A stretch of 64,000 bases of DNA from Antedon mediterranea. Its lineage: Eukaryota > Animalia > Echinodermata. Positions 52,166 through 64,000 of the stretch are shown here, piece by piece; the first letter of the stretch is position 1; each line of letters opens with the position of its first letter. The translations under genes and the position numbers were made by a program. Location: NCBI RefSeq assembly GCF_964355755.1, contig NC_092678.1, positions 17,279,881 to 17,343,880 of the forward strand, given 5' to 3'. Under the pieces are notes generated by a model. The model saw only the letters and a list, made by a program, of their open reading frames with translations. It ran no database searches and was not told the DNA's origin.

Positions 52166-53108
52166 ATAAGTTTAACCGTAAAACTTTAAAAAGAAGCTCA
52201 TGGGCTTCTTCTTTATTAGGGCTCTTGGCTGGGCTTCTTTTCAAGATTACTTTTACAAATGAGAGGGACTTCGAAATGAATTAGCATGCTGTAAATGTTG
52301 TCAATTGCTACTACTGTACAACAATACGGATGTTTTTACATTTTAAATATTTGCAGACAAGAAGAAGATACAATGAAAGTGTAAGTGTCAATCCTATCTT
52401 TATTGTGTGTTGTGCCTGTGTTTGTATAATTATACTTAACTAACCGTCACACTTCAGTGATTCTATTGTGATGGGTATCAACACAAGCACAGCACAACCA
52501 TATGGTTTATGCAAATTAGACCTATTTATTATGTATACTTGTGCAGTGTTCTTTTGTAATATATGTAGCTTGTTGAGTCGATACAATTACAGCTTAGCCT
52601 GAAGTGGACTGAGGTTTAGAGGCTTAAAGAAGGCTAGAGTTAGAGTGAGGGCTGGATTAAAGGGTTTATTAGAAGCATGAAGATGCTGAATGACCTACAG
52701 TAGTAGTATAAGTCTTATGTAGCCCACAGCTCAGCTAGAAAAAGCACGTGTTTGTATTATACTCACTTTATAGGCATATCATTATATCGTTGTAATTATG
52801 GTATAACCAATGGTTATGTATTTCTCAAAATAAAGTTTGTTATTTATTTGTAGTAAATCGGATCGATGTATGGATTTCCGGATAGAAACAGAAAGATGGA
52901 ATTAAAGTCTGCAGTATTGAATATTGTTTTGTGCAGAATTACATGAAGTACGGTAGCATTTGGAAAAACAAATCATTGTACAATAAATATATGAGGCTTG
53001 ATTGTTGTGATAATGAAGTGTTGTAAGGTCATTAATGCAAAATCGAAAATGCAATAACAAAAACATTTAGAAAACAATAAACTGTAAAAATGATTGATAT
53101 AAACACGA

Positions 53109-53360
53109 TTAAATTATTAGTCTTCGTCTGGAAATTTCAGAGGAAACCTTGTTTTTAAGTTTTACGAGTTGTACACAAAGCGTCATCAACAAACAGTTTA
53201 TTTCCGCAACACTTACTATGGAAAGCAGAGCATATGTCTGCCACTTCCGCTAACCAGAAGCCGATGGCCAGGATGAAAGTATCCGTGGCCATCTTGATTG
53301 TAACGTTGTTAACGGAATATGCTTTATCGCATTCTCAGTTCAGAAATCAGGAGCCATCGT
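53109..53360 (-). CDS. Gene B candidate terminal exon: TMAPDF*, then stalk and hydrophobic segment behind two in-frame stops
   Basis: Strong acceptor ttttttttccttctgcag. Phase-0 frame reads TMAPDF*TENAIKHIPLTTLQSRWPRILSSWPSASG*RKWQTYALLSIVSVAEINCLLMTLCVQLVKLKNK..RRRLII*. Confidence 0.5.
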
Positions 53361-54153
53361 CTGCAGAAGGAAAAAAAACGTAAAAACAATTATTAAAAAT
53401 GGAAAGAAAATTAGTTGTTGTTTCCGATAATCATAATGCGTTTCTTTTCAAACGGGGTAGTGGGATATTCCTGAGGAAATTATCGGCCTCGTTTGGGATT
53501 TTTACAATTGCCTATATGTTCACATGCAAACTAGGTAGGCCTAAGTGCCAAGCCGGTTCACACTGAGCATTTACACGTCACGCGAAAAGATTCGCCCGAA
53601 GCTAGACAAAGTTCTATCGATTTCGTGCGTTGCAAATTCACCGCTTTAACTGAAAATCCACTGACGTTCAACACAGGCATGGGAACGGTGAGAGGGAGGG
53701 CAATTGACCTCCCAAAACTTAAATCATGGGATGGCAAATAAAAATAGCATTTTAAAGAGATTTCTATTCAACAACATATTCTTATAACTCCTTTCGCTCA
53801 GCAATACAAACATGATAATATAATAATAACAGCCAGACCGAGACAATGCACTTGTCGCGAGAAAGGGATTTCTGTAAAATGCTTCTGAATTTGTAAAACT
53901 TAATGGAATTGGTATGAATGTCCTTTTGCCGGTCACATTATTGTAACTGCTTAAAAAATATAAAAACTGAAAAAAAAACAAACATTGTTTGTCTATAATA
54001 TACAGAGAATATATAGAGAGAGATGTAAAGTGTACAGCAGAATGAAATAAAAGACCAAAAAAAGGAAGAATAAAATATTACTTAGTTAGGTGGATTGTCA
54101 GTGTTAAGGTAAGATAACACAGTGCTGTGTATTCATATACTACTGTACATTAC

Positions 54154-54307
54154 CGTAAAATCTTCAGTGCTTCTTGTCGAATCCATCGGACACATCAACT
54201 CTCGGAATTTTCCCTTTAATATTTCTTTACATGCTGCAAGGGTAACTCTCGGCTCGCAGACTTCAATTTTATAAACAAGGCAGCAAATGCGGCGATGATC
54301 CGAATGC
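54154..54307 (-). CDS. Gene B Cys-rich hinge / LRR C-cap exon (HSDHRRICCLVYKIEVCEPRVTLAACKEILKGKFRELMCP..)
   Basis: Phase 2 to 0 open exon. The L.SD...CC......C.P......C..IL pattern resembles the hinge of GRL101/RXFP-type LRR GPCRs. Confidence 0.75.
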
Positions 54308-54805
54308 CTATTTTTGGTGATGTATAAATAAAAACATGATAGTTATTCACTTTGACCATGGATCAAGAAAAAAATAATAATTTTCCTGAACAAACTAATT
54401 TACATCCAAAAATTCAGATTGGTGTTTATGTTTGGTAACTGAAAACATTTGTTTTTTCCTTTTATTTTTAGTAGTAAACTTTATTAAAACTACAAATGAC
54501 CTATTTTTTTTTTTTTTTTTTTGCCATATCGACATAGTAATTCGATAATGATGTCTTACCTGAATATACGTTCGTACTTTTAAGTCGATTTTATTTGGTT
54601 AGATTTAAGTTATCTTATATCTTATGCGAAATTCATGTTGTTAAGTTAATTTGATTGAAGTATGTGACCATTGTGCCAATAACAATATCAATGTAAACTT
54701 GACACCGACTTGTAAGTTCATGTTTGTTTATATTAATTGTATATATTAATAAATTGCAAACTTTTGACGATGATCTTAGCTTTAAAAAACCATGTTAATA
54801 CTTAC

Positions 54806-54877
54806 AATTCGTTTATGTTGATCAAGTTTTCAAAAGTACTATCTTTGTAATTTTTTAATTCGTTGCCATGTATCAAA
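54806..54877 (-). CDS. Gene B last LRR exon (LIHGNELKNYKDSTFENLININEL)
   Basis: 72 bp, phase 2-2, tttttttgcag and gtaagt sites. Confidence 0.85.
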
Positions 54878-55972
54878 CTGCAAAAAAAAATATTTTAAAA
54901 TAAAAATGAGTAAAAGATTCAGTGGTATTAGGTCATGAAGACATTTCTCATTCTTATGTCTTTAGTGGTTTACCCTGTACGTTACTAACTTGGACGTAAC
55001 GCACGGACGCTGTAATACAAAAATAGGTCATCCGAACTGTTGCTTTTGATTGAAATATATACAGTAGTTCATTTTAGATATTATATCTAAGCATATATTA
55101 CTATTATATTTACAATAATTTAAACTAATTTCTTTACAAAACAGACAGATTTAACTACAAGTTATGACTTCATACTGTAATTTAAATATGATAATATAAT
55201 ATAACATGTATATCTATCCGTGCCACCACCACCACCACCACCAACCATTAATTAAGGAGATATGAGACTTCAAGTGGTAAATGGCGATCATTTTGAATTT
55301 ATGTTAATTAACCCAATTTCCTTTTGGTAAACTTTAGATATGATGTTCATTTGGACCATATCAAGCAAACAAAACCAAACAAAATTGTTGTTGTTGACTT
55401 ATCTTTACTGGACAAAGATACAATGACCTCATGGCAATGTTTTAAAGACGCCGTTGTGTGCTCAAATGCGCGTTCATGTCTATGACCGGGGTGACACTGT
55501 GTTAAATATGGCACTGATGTTATGTCATTTTAAAGTAGACTTAATGGTCAAACATCATATTTAAAAAGAAAGCAATGTAATGTTTAGTGAGAGAAAGGTT
55601 GTAGTCAAGAGGCAGGAAACTGCATGGGTTGTTTATTGCCTTTAGACATAAACAGGTACCACCGTACGAGAATCGGGTGTCCAACGGACGAGTACCATGT
55701 GTGTATATCGGGAACAAAGCTATTATAAAGTGTACATATTTTACAGACTATGTCTACGACACATAATCTGTTGTATGACAAGAATTAATGAATATGAGTC
55801 CGATAATTGTACAGAGCATCAAACAACTACATGTGGATTATTAAACATTTTGACAAACATGGCGTTTCATACGTATGGTACGTGTACACACTGTATAGAA
55901 AACATCGAAACGCGACAACAGAAAAAAGACAATAACAGAGACTTGGGACAAGTCTATACAGTATTAACTTAC

Positions 55973-56047
55973 AGTTTTGAAAGTGATGAAGCAAAAGCAG
56001 AAAATGCACCTTGATCTATGGTAGTTATGACATTATCGTTTAAATAC
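55973..56047 (-). CDS. Gene B LRR exon (YLNDNVITTIDQGAFSAFASSLSKL)
   Basis: 75 bp, phase 2-2, ctgtag and gtaagt sites. Confidence 0.85.
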
Positions 56048-56877
56048 CTACAGATATTGAAAAAAAAGACACTCATTTCAAACGGATTGATTTAAAACAA
56101 TATTAATAATAATACTGTACAACAATACAATAAATAGATAACCACTACATTTGTCTGCTATATTTCACAGTACAGTTATTTATATTCAGCATTTCAGTGG
56201 GCGATTTAGACTTCGTTTGGCACTCGAAACAATGTCAAATGAAAGGCAAGCTAATTTTTGCCACGAGGAGGTGCAAATCTGAGGGAGCGGAAAATATAAA
56301 GTGTACAATTCCAAACAGATATCACCTCAACTTTATTTATAAAACTTGAAAATCAGAAAAAAAGGAGAGAAGGTAGTGTATTATTTGTTGTTGTTGTCAG
56401 ATGCCTAAACTCTAGAAAATGATAAATTAAGTTTATCTTACGGACGGATAACGCTAATAATAACAATTATTAATTCATAGTTATGCTTTATAGCTTTTTG
56501 AGGTTTTTTTTCGTGCACTTAGAAGAACTTATTTAAAGTGCATTTTAAGTATTGTTTTTCTTCTAGATTATTTCAGTCATCACAATAGTTATGTTTGTTT
56601 TATTTGGAGGTTCAGACTTAAACACAAAGTAGAAAAATGTATAAAGTGCACTATGCTGTGTGAAATAAAACTGAAACTGAATGTACGTACCACCACATTA
56701 GGTAACCGATGCGCCCTAATTTTGACGTTTTTTATAAGAGAAAGATACAAACCATGTGTTGCGCGTGCGAATAAAGAACAAGTGCAGCTATTCCACCGTA
56801 CGGAAGGAAAGATAACCAATGCCTCTCATAATAACATTATTTTTCATTTAATAATATTTACTAATAATGATAATAAC

Positions 56878-57955
56878 AACTAGATTTGAACTCGTAACTA
56901 TGGACGAGTTAGGTTATCCGCAGCGAAAATGACACGTGTACGTCATACTTTACAATATTGCGCACAGAAAAACGATTATGCCATTGAAAAAATATTAGTG
57001 TGCTCTCTATTATATGTCACGTCTAAGTATATAGAGTATACACTATATATCTGTATACGTACTACAACCAGTGCAGAATAGGTGAAAATACCGGGAACCG
57101 CTTTTTCATCCAATTTTTACCATGATGATGTCATCAAAATGAAACACGTAGATAGCAATTTTGGAAGGAAATTATCTGAGCAACAACATATCGTGTTGAA
57201 AAAATTTGGATACGTAGAATACGGAAGCGCGCTCTTTTAAATGTCATGAACTATGACGCAAAATATGAAATTACGACTTTTATAATTGAACTGGCCATAT
57301 GATGACGTCACAACATCCGATTCGCATAATTTGTACATGATTTCCAGCTTCCAGAAAACGTTTTAATCATGTGTATCACTTTTTATTCTGAGGAGCTATA
57401 ATAAATTTAAATTTATTGGAATGATGAAAAAAAGTGATCAAATTTATTCACGCTTTTGAACATGATGAAGTCATCACAATTTTAAAAATTGTAAATCATG
57501 CGAAAGATAATTGATTGACCTAGACAATATAAAAAAATGGTGGGAAATGGAATATGGATAAGTGGAGATGCGTTCTATTAAATGTGAGGAGCTATGACAA
57601 AAGAGACAAAAATCCTATATATTTATATTCGAGTGGCCATACGATGACGTCACAATGTCTAGTTAGCCATATTGATACATGATCCGATATCAACAACTCA
57701 TCTACTTCCAGAATATGTAAAAAAATAAACTTCACCATGTAGTTTAGAAACTATGACTGTTTAAAAAAAGGCATAATTATGACGATTTATTTTACTTTTT
57801 CAGCAAAAACGAGCGCAAATTGTCCAATTCGACGTGCTCGTATGACGTGATTTTAAGTCGAAATTGTTTGAAAGCTGGTAAAATTACTAGAAAATGCTGG
57901 AAAAACATAAATCACGCGAAAAAAATAACATTTACTAATAATGATAATAATAATT
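56878..57955. repeat. Unclassified interspersed repeat with internal ~350-bp duplication and TGACGTCA motifs
   Basis: Flanked by aataatgataataa. tggccata..gatgacgtcacaa recurs at about 57292 and 57634. Confidence 0.45.
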
Positions 57956-58066
57956 ATACGAATAGGGCAAAGGGTAAAAAATAAAATAATATGACAATAA
58001 GTGTGGTTATATTACAACGAAAATATACTATTTTCAAAAGTATGATAAACAAGAGAAGGCACTCAC

Positions 58067-58138
58067 AGTGTTGTCAATGATGTCAAACCATCAAACACAT
58101 TGGCTGGTAATGTTGTTATTTGGTTATAGGACAACGAT
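58067..58138 (-). CDS. Gene B LRR exon (SLSYNQITTLPANVFDGLTSLTTL)
   Basis: 72 bp, phase 2-2, ttttctcggttttcag and gtgagt sites. Same LRR class as gene A. Confidence 0.9.
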
Positions 58139-58290
58139 CTGAAAACCGAGAAAAATGCAATACATAAGTTTAGTTTTGGATGAATATTCTGTCTTTGCAA
58201 AGGATAAAAAATGAAATTATGTGACAATAAGTGTGGTTTTATTACAACGAAAATATACTATTTTCAAAAGTATTATAAACAAGTGAAACA

Positions 58291-58340
58291 TTCGAACACA
58301 TTTGCTGGTAATTGTTGTTATTTGGTTATTGGCCAACCAC
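58291..58340 (-). pseudogene. Truncated tandem duplicate of the 58067 LRR exon
   Basis: 57990-58160 is duplicated at 58220-58360. The copy has a 1-bp insertion and has lost the 3' end and donor. Confidence 0.7.
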
Positions 58341-58869
58341 CTGAAAATTGTGAAAAATGTAATAAATAATATATACAGTACCAAGGGATAGGATGATAAA
58401 ACATTATATATTTTATATATAATTTAGAAAAACAAACAAAACATAACAATAAATATCTTATTGTGCTAGCAGAGGTCAAGTCCAATTAGGCGTGTCATTC
58501 CAGAAGTGAAACCATTACAAGGTATATACAAGGACATACTAATACTTGTTTAATGTTACTTTAGCTCGTATTATCATGTTATTTGCATGTTTTAGCTGTT
58601 TTTCATTAACTTCTTCTACATGATATATAATTATGTTTTATCTATATTTTACTGTAATCATGTTGTACTTTGCATATCATATGATGACATAGATCAATAT
58701 CTACGATACAATACAACAGTTAAATGACGATGATCCATGTGTTCTGCTATATTTTTACGTTTCGTTATGGCCGCCGATGGTGCTACAGTAACTGAATTAA
58801 ATAGTCTTGAGTTCGCATAAACAATGCCAAAATAGAAAAACTCAAAAAGAGCAAAAAGAAAGATATTAC

Positions 58870-60308
58870 ATTTACAGTAAAGCATAATGGGATAATAGAA
58901 TACTTCAAGCTCATGAATGATATTCCTATTGAATGGAAGGAAGTATTGGCACGACATAGATTAGAGAAAGAACAAGTTAATGTTGATATTAAAAATGAAT
59001 TATTCAAATCAAATGTTAAAACAGGTTTTTATGATAAGTTTATATTTGAACTAAAGACAGTGCCAATCTCCCAAGTAAAATGGGAAGCAGAGTTTTTAAA
59101 TAAGACTATGGTATGGAACAAAATATGGAATAATAAAGTCAAAGATATGAAACATATGGTAAAAGTTGCGCAATTCAATTTTAAACTTTTACATCGCATA
59201 CTTGTTTGTAATAAAAGATTACATATTTGGAAATTGTCTAAAACTAATATTTGCGATAGATGTAAGAATGTGATAGAAAACGAAGAACATATGTTACTTA
59301 AGTGTAAAGTGATTAAGCCTGTTTGGAGGAAATTCAATAATCTTATTGTTGAATGTTTTCCTAATGAAACGCCAATACATTTGTTTGATATAGTTACTGG
59401 TTCCAAAGATAAACTTGTAAATGAGCTAACATCTATCTTTACGTTTTGTATATACAAATCCCGCATAAGGCTTAGTTTATTAGATAACATGATGGGTAAC
59501 GAATCAAAAAGTATCTTGAATATGTTTAAGTTTGAATTAAAAAATCTTATAGAAAATGAATACGCATGTAATCAGTATAAAGCAGTTATAAAATGGAATG
59601 ATGTTAAAATTAAATTATTAGAATTCATAAAATAAGAAAAATATAAAACTAGTACAAGCTGTAGTGTAAAACTAACACCTAGACTTATACTAAAACTAAT
59701 ACATGATAGAAATAAATGTATTAGGGTAAAACATAGACTGAAACACACGGTCAAACATATAAGTAAACAAACTGGTAAATGTAAAGGGCCAACATAGTAA
59801 GAAAAGAACTTTAAAGGAATAGAAATAGTGGAATGAAACAAATGTTATACAAGGCCAAAACATAAAAAGTAGCATATAATGTGTTTATAATAACTATATT
59901 AAACTGATTCGTAAATGTAAATAGGTATATTAATGTGTGTATGTGTGTATATATTTGTAACGGATGTAATATAAGGTCAAAAAAAATAAAGAAACAAATT
60001 GTGAGTACTGATTTAAGATATAATAAAAGAAACAGCTAATTTTTAATACATTTCTTAATATAAAGTAAATTTAAATGATAAATAGTCGTACTTTTACTAT
60101 AACTTGCAATAAACATAAAATGTACGTTTCTAAAGCATACTTTTACTCTATCGATTTTATGTACATGTATAGATATAGTGCCTTTTTAGCTGTTATATTG
60201 AATTGTATTGTTCTTTATTTTTATAAAAATGTATGTATGTTATATAATATATATTTGTAAAAGGAATGAATAAATGTGGGTGACCCCACGAAAGGGAAAA
60301 AAAAAAAA
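58870..60308 (+). mobile_element. 5'-truncated L1/Tx1-like LINE (zf-RVT region, 3' UTR, poly-A)
   Basis: ORF 58913-59635 has FNFKLLHRIL..CDRC..ENEEHMLLKC. AATAAA near 60269 and an A-run at 60297-60308. Confidence 0.85.
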
Positions 60309-61520
60309 TAATTGTTTTTATGAGGAAAAGAGTTAAACTGACGTTTTCATGAGAAGAAGATATATAATATTTGTTCCTCGTGCAAAATAAGCTTATTACA
60401 ACACTATTACACTAAAGCATAAAGTTACACTTAACTATGATTTAAAATAAACATAATTAAAAGTATTACACAGTATAGGCCTAATAGTTCACCCGATAAA
60501 AATTTCTGATTTGTCCAAATTTCTTTAAAAAAATCTGACAAATATAAACATGAAGAAATAAAAACAATGTCGTTAATATACATCAGACGTAAGAATAATG
60601 ACATCAATTTTCGATAATCATAAGGACGAGTTCTCGAATGATTCTCTCATTTGTGCCCATGGAATTGATATCTCCTATGTTCACCTAACTACGGAGGAAT
60701 TAACGCATTTATATTATGACTACATTAATCATAATGTTTAATGATGCTGTGTTATCGAATTTTCTATGTTAATGGAGAAATCGGGATACAGTACCGATAA
60801 TCAGGTGTGTTAGACCAGAATACGTTACTCCGGCTTAAAATGGAGGTCTTTGCTTTAACCACGTTCTGAAATGTGTCTGTAAGATTATGTTAGGCAAAAA
60901 AAAAACACCTTGTATACCATAGCAGCCTGGTGTAGAGACCTATGTATTGCCTTCGCTAAATCCTTTCTTAAACTTGTTCTCACTTATACCTTCTAGAAGA
61001 ATGTTATCCATAGATAAAACCCTAATATACTGCTGATTGGATTCGTCATATTATAATTGTAACACAATGTGTCATAAGAACTGTTCGTTATACCATGGTA
61101 GAGTATGTGGTGCAATTAATTAAAGAATTATATGATTTGTAAATAGTTTACAAAAAGTGCAACACAGTGTGACGTATTATCTGCTACAATATCTAATGAT
61201 GACACATTTTGAATAATTATGTAAATTCTCATTTAATAAAACACTTATAATAACAAATTACCGTATTAAACGTACAAATCAAAGCATACAAACAATACAG
61301 TACCAACGGAAATTACGATAAAAAAGTATCTATTTATTAATTTCGAAATACAAAGAAAAAATAACAACAAAATCTCTATATTGTGCCAACAGAGGCCAAA
61401 AAGGCTTATGTCCAATTAGGCGTGTCACTCTGACAGTGAAACAATTACAAGGTATAATTGATATAATACTAATTTTATGTTTGTTACTTTATCTCGTATT
61501 ATCATTATTTGCATGTTTTA

Positions 61521-62265
61521 TAGTATCCCTATTTTAAGTCTAAAAAGGGCCAATCTGGGAAAAAATTAGAAACAAGTGTTTCTCAACTGATTTGAGTTAT
61601 ATAGGTTCTATATATCCACCAAAAAAAAGTTCCAGCTCATCTGGCCTGGGAAAAGCCGCCATTTTGGATTTTTAAAATGGCCGCCATAAAATACATATTT
61701 TTGCTCATATATCAGCTTCCACATCATGTATGGATATGATTTTGGTGGCAAAGTATATGTTTTGAGGGTCAATGAATCCAAATACAGCATTTTGAAGTTT
61801 ACTGAATGTCTGCCATCTTGTTTTTCAAAATGGCCGCCATAAAATACAGATTTGTACTCATCTCAAATTCTACATCGTGTATCAACGTGATTTTAGTGAC
61901 AAAGTGTAATTGTGAGTGTCAAGAAATCGAAAAACAGCAATTTCGTAATTCACTCAATGTTCAAAATGGCCGCCATTTGTTTTTCAAAATGGCCACCATA
62001 AAAATACAGATTTTTGCTCTTATCTCAGCTTCCACATAATGTATGGAAGTGATTTTGGTGGCAATGTATATATTTTGAGGGTCAAGTATTTCAATTACAG
62101 CATTTTTTTATGTTCATTTAATGGCCAACATTTTGTTTTTCAAAATGGCCGCCATAAAATACAGGTTTTGCTAATTTCTTAGCTCATATAAATAATGAAG
62201 ACATGATTTTGATAACTAAGTCTATGTCTTGATTGTTACAGAATAAAAAATCAGCATTCTAAAAT
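61521..62265. mobile_element. Terminal region of a DNA-transposon-like repeat with ~150-bp subunits containing AAAATGGCCGCC
   Basis: Interrupts the block shared with 1425-1650 and starts with TAG. Motif recurs at about 61674, 61827, 61963, 61986 and 62142. Confidence 0.5.
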
Positions 62266-62574
62266 ACAGAGTCGCCGAAAGTGATCAGATCTTCTTATTC
62301 CATTTAGGACCAAATTCATAGTTGAAGGCTACTGCTCCACTGGCTTTAGAGATGTTGCTTTTTTTTGCATACAGTTTGTTAAATACAGTAATAGTTTTAA
62401 AATTCCAATTCAAACTGGCACAACCGGGACCACAACATATAATAATAACAACATTTATGTACAATCCTCTTTGTCTAGTCTCCGAGATCTATCGCTATCA
62501 CAATCCTCATTATTACTATGTCAACGTCGTGAGTTAATCACAAGATCGAGTTCCATACTGATTACGACCAAAGA

Positions 62575-63982
62575 GGTACACAAGAAAATACCAGAGAGTG
62601 TACTGTAACTATCATTCGCGAGAAGAAACTAATAAACCAGATATTCTAAAGAAGTTACATAGACATGTAAAGATATTTTCCAAATATAAAGAGAAGCATG
62701 GCCAACTTGCAGTTAAAAGTACAACTTATGGATAAAGCAAGTAACATATCTTATGAATACATAGTAATACACTGGGAGATCAACACTAGTCACCCTAAAT
62801 GGTCTGCATTTATGTTTAAATCTAGCTGCTTATCTGCCATCAGAATAACCTTCGATCAACCAATGTGACGTAAAGTAATGCAAATAGTTAGAGAAAGAAA
62901 ACTGCCATTTGTCGTCAAACTCGAAAGATTCTTAAGAGCTTTCTGGGAAAGTCAAAAAGATATCAAGAAAATTTAAGCTGTGGCTGTATCATTAGATGGT
63001 ATAACTTTTTAGGCATGATTGTGCAATTGGGAGCTCCAGGTTCAGATATAGCATCTACAGTATGCTTTCATATTTGCAGCAGCTGGTCATGGCCAAAATG
63101 CCAAAAGTGGAAGGCTATATCTGGAAATGCTGAAAGACAAATTTCAAGATACATAAAGTTTTCTCTATTGTGAGAGTGTCTGAAAACTGATTCTTCACCA
63201 TTATAACACGTTGCATGATATCCATTCTTTTGGAACATCTTGTATTGTATGCATATGGAAATTTGTCTTTTAGGCATATTGGCCATCATAGTCAATTGTC
63301 CTATACTGTGTCTACATCTGGAGACAAAATGGTACATCTTCATCTCGTGTCATCATTATATGATACATAGCTTCATCCTCTTAGAGCTTTAGAATATACA
63401 GCTCTCTTTAAAGTAGGTTATGCACAACTTCAAAACCTCAACCCACCATTATGTCCAATATAACCAAGAAAGCTCCTGAAAAGATAAACTCCTCCATGTT
63501 TGATTATTATGACTGATAGATAAGCAGCTAGATATACGTTTTCAGAGTCGCAGTTTCTTAACGATCCTATTCTCATAATGTTACTTTTTTCATAATTAAT
63601 TCTGAGTCCAGAATATATAGAAAATTCATCCAGTATATCTATAATCGGTTTAATTGAGTTTTGGTGTTTGAGAAAAAACACAGTGTCATCTGCAAATTGG
63701 ATAATTCTTATGTCTACATTATGGTGAAGTAGTGTTAGTCCCCAGTGTATTAGGTAACCATCCATTCAGTCACATAAGATATGTTGCTTTAAATTGCTTT
63801 ACTTGCTTTATCTATAATGTATCTGATTGGAATATGCTTAACTAAAGTTGGCCATGCTTCTCTTTAGGATTTGGAAAATATCTTAAAATGTCGTCTAACA
63901 AACTTTTTTAGAATATTTTATTTTTAGGTTCTTCACGCGAATGATATAGTTACAGTACATCGCTGATATCTTCTTGAGTACA
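62575..63982. repeat. Diverged inverted repeat (62575-62800 vs 63716-63982) enclosing TE fragments
   Basis: gagaagcatggccaactt and aagttggccatgcttctc are exact reverse complements, with further matching blocks on both sides. Confidence 0.7.
63540..63715 (-). mobile_element. L1/Tx1-like reverse transcriptase fragment
   Basis: IIQFADDTVFFL..EFSIYSGLRINYEKS. Confidence 0.75.
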
Positions 63983-64000
63983 GTATCTCCTGGGGTATCT

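Noticed and set aside
53250-53342. Selenocysteine or programmed readthrough of the gene B terminal exon
   Set aside because: Two different stops (TGA and TAG) would both need bypassing and I recognised no SECIS element. Truncation or decay is simpler.

Overview
AT-rich, intron-rich animal genomic DNA; gene and transposon content suggest a marine invertebrate, possibly an echinoderm (inference). The ORF track misses the main content, which is encoded in small exons. (1) Gene A, minus strand (23839 to <793, running off the left edge): signal peptide, CUB domain, LRR N-terminal cap, and at least six 72-bp phase-2 exons that each encode one LRR. The LRR exons were multiplied by tandem duplication of exon-plus-intron units and differ mostly at the xLxxN ligand-face positions. 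(2) Gene B, the 3' part of a paralogue (58138 to 53109, minus strand): three LRR exons and a Cys-rich hinge of the GRL101/LGR type. No 7TM domain follows; the next candidate exon encodes a stalk and one hydrophobic segment behind two in-frame stops. (3) Between them, head-to-head with gene A, are exons 1-6 of NCKIPSD (SPIN90/WISH) on the plus strand (26040-44512); I could not find its C-terminal exons. The rest is transposon-derived: a near-intact L2/CR1-group LINE, RTE-X, Rex1/Babar and L1/Tx1 fragments, an AcademX DNA transposon nested with Kolobok-type MITEs inside a tandem repeat, Harbinger-like MITEs, a non-autonomous Helitron, HINE-like elements, tRNA- and 5S-derived repeats and satellites. 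All calls were made by eye, without database searches.
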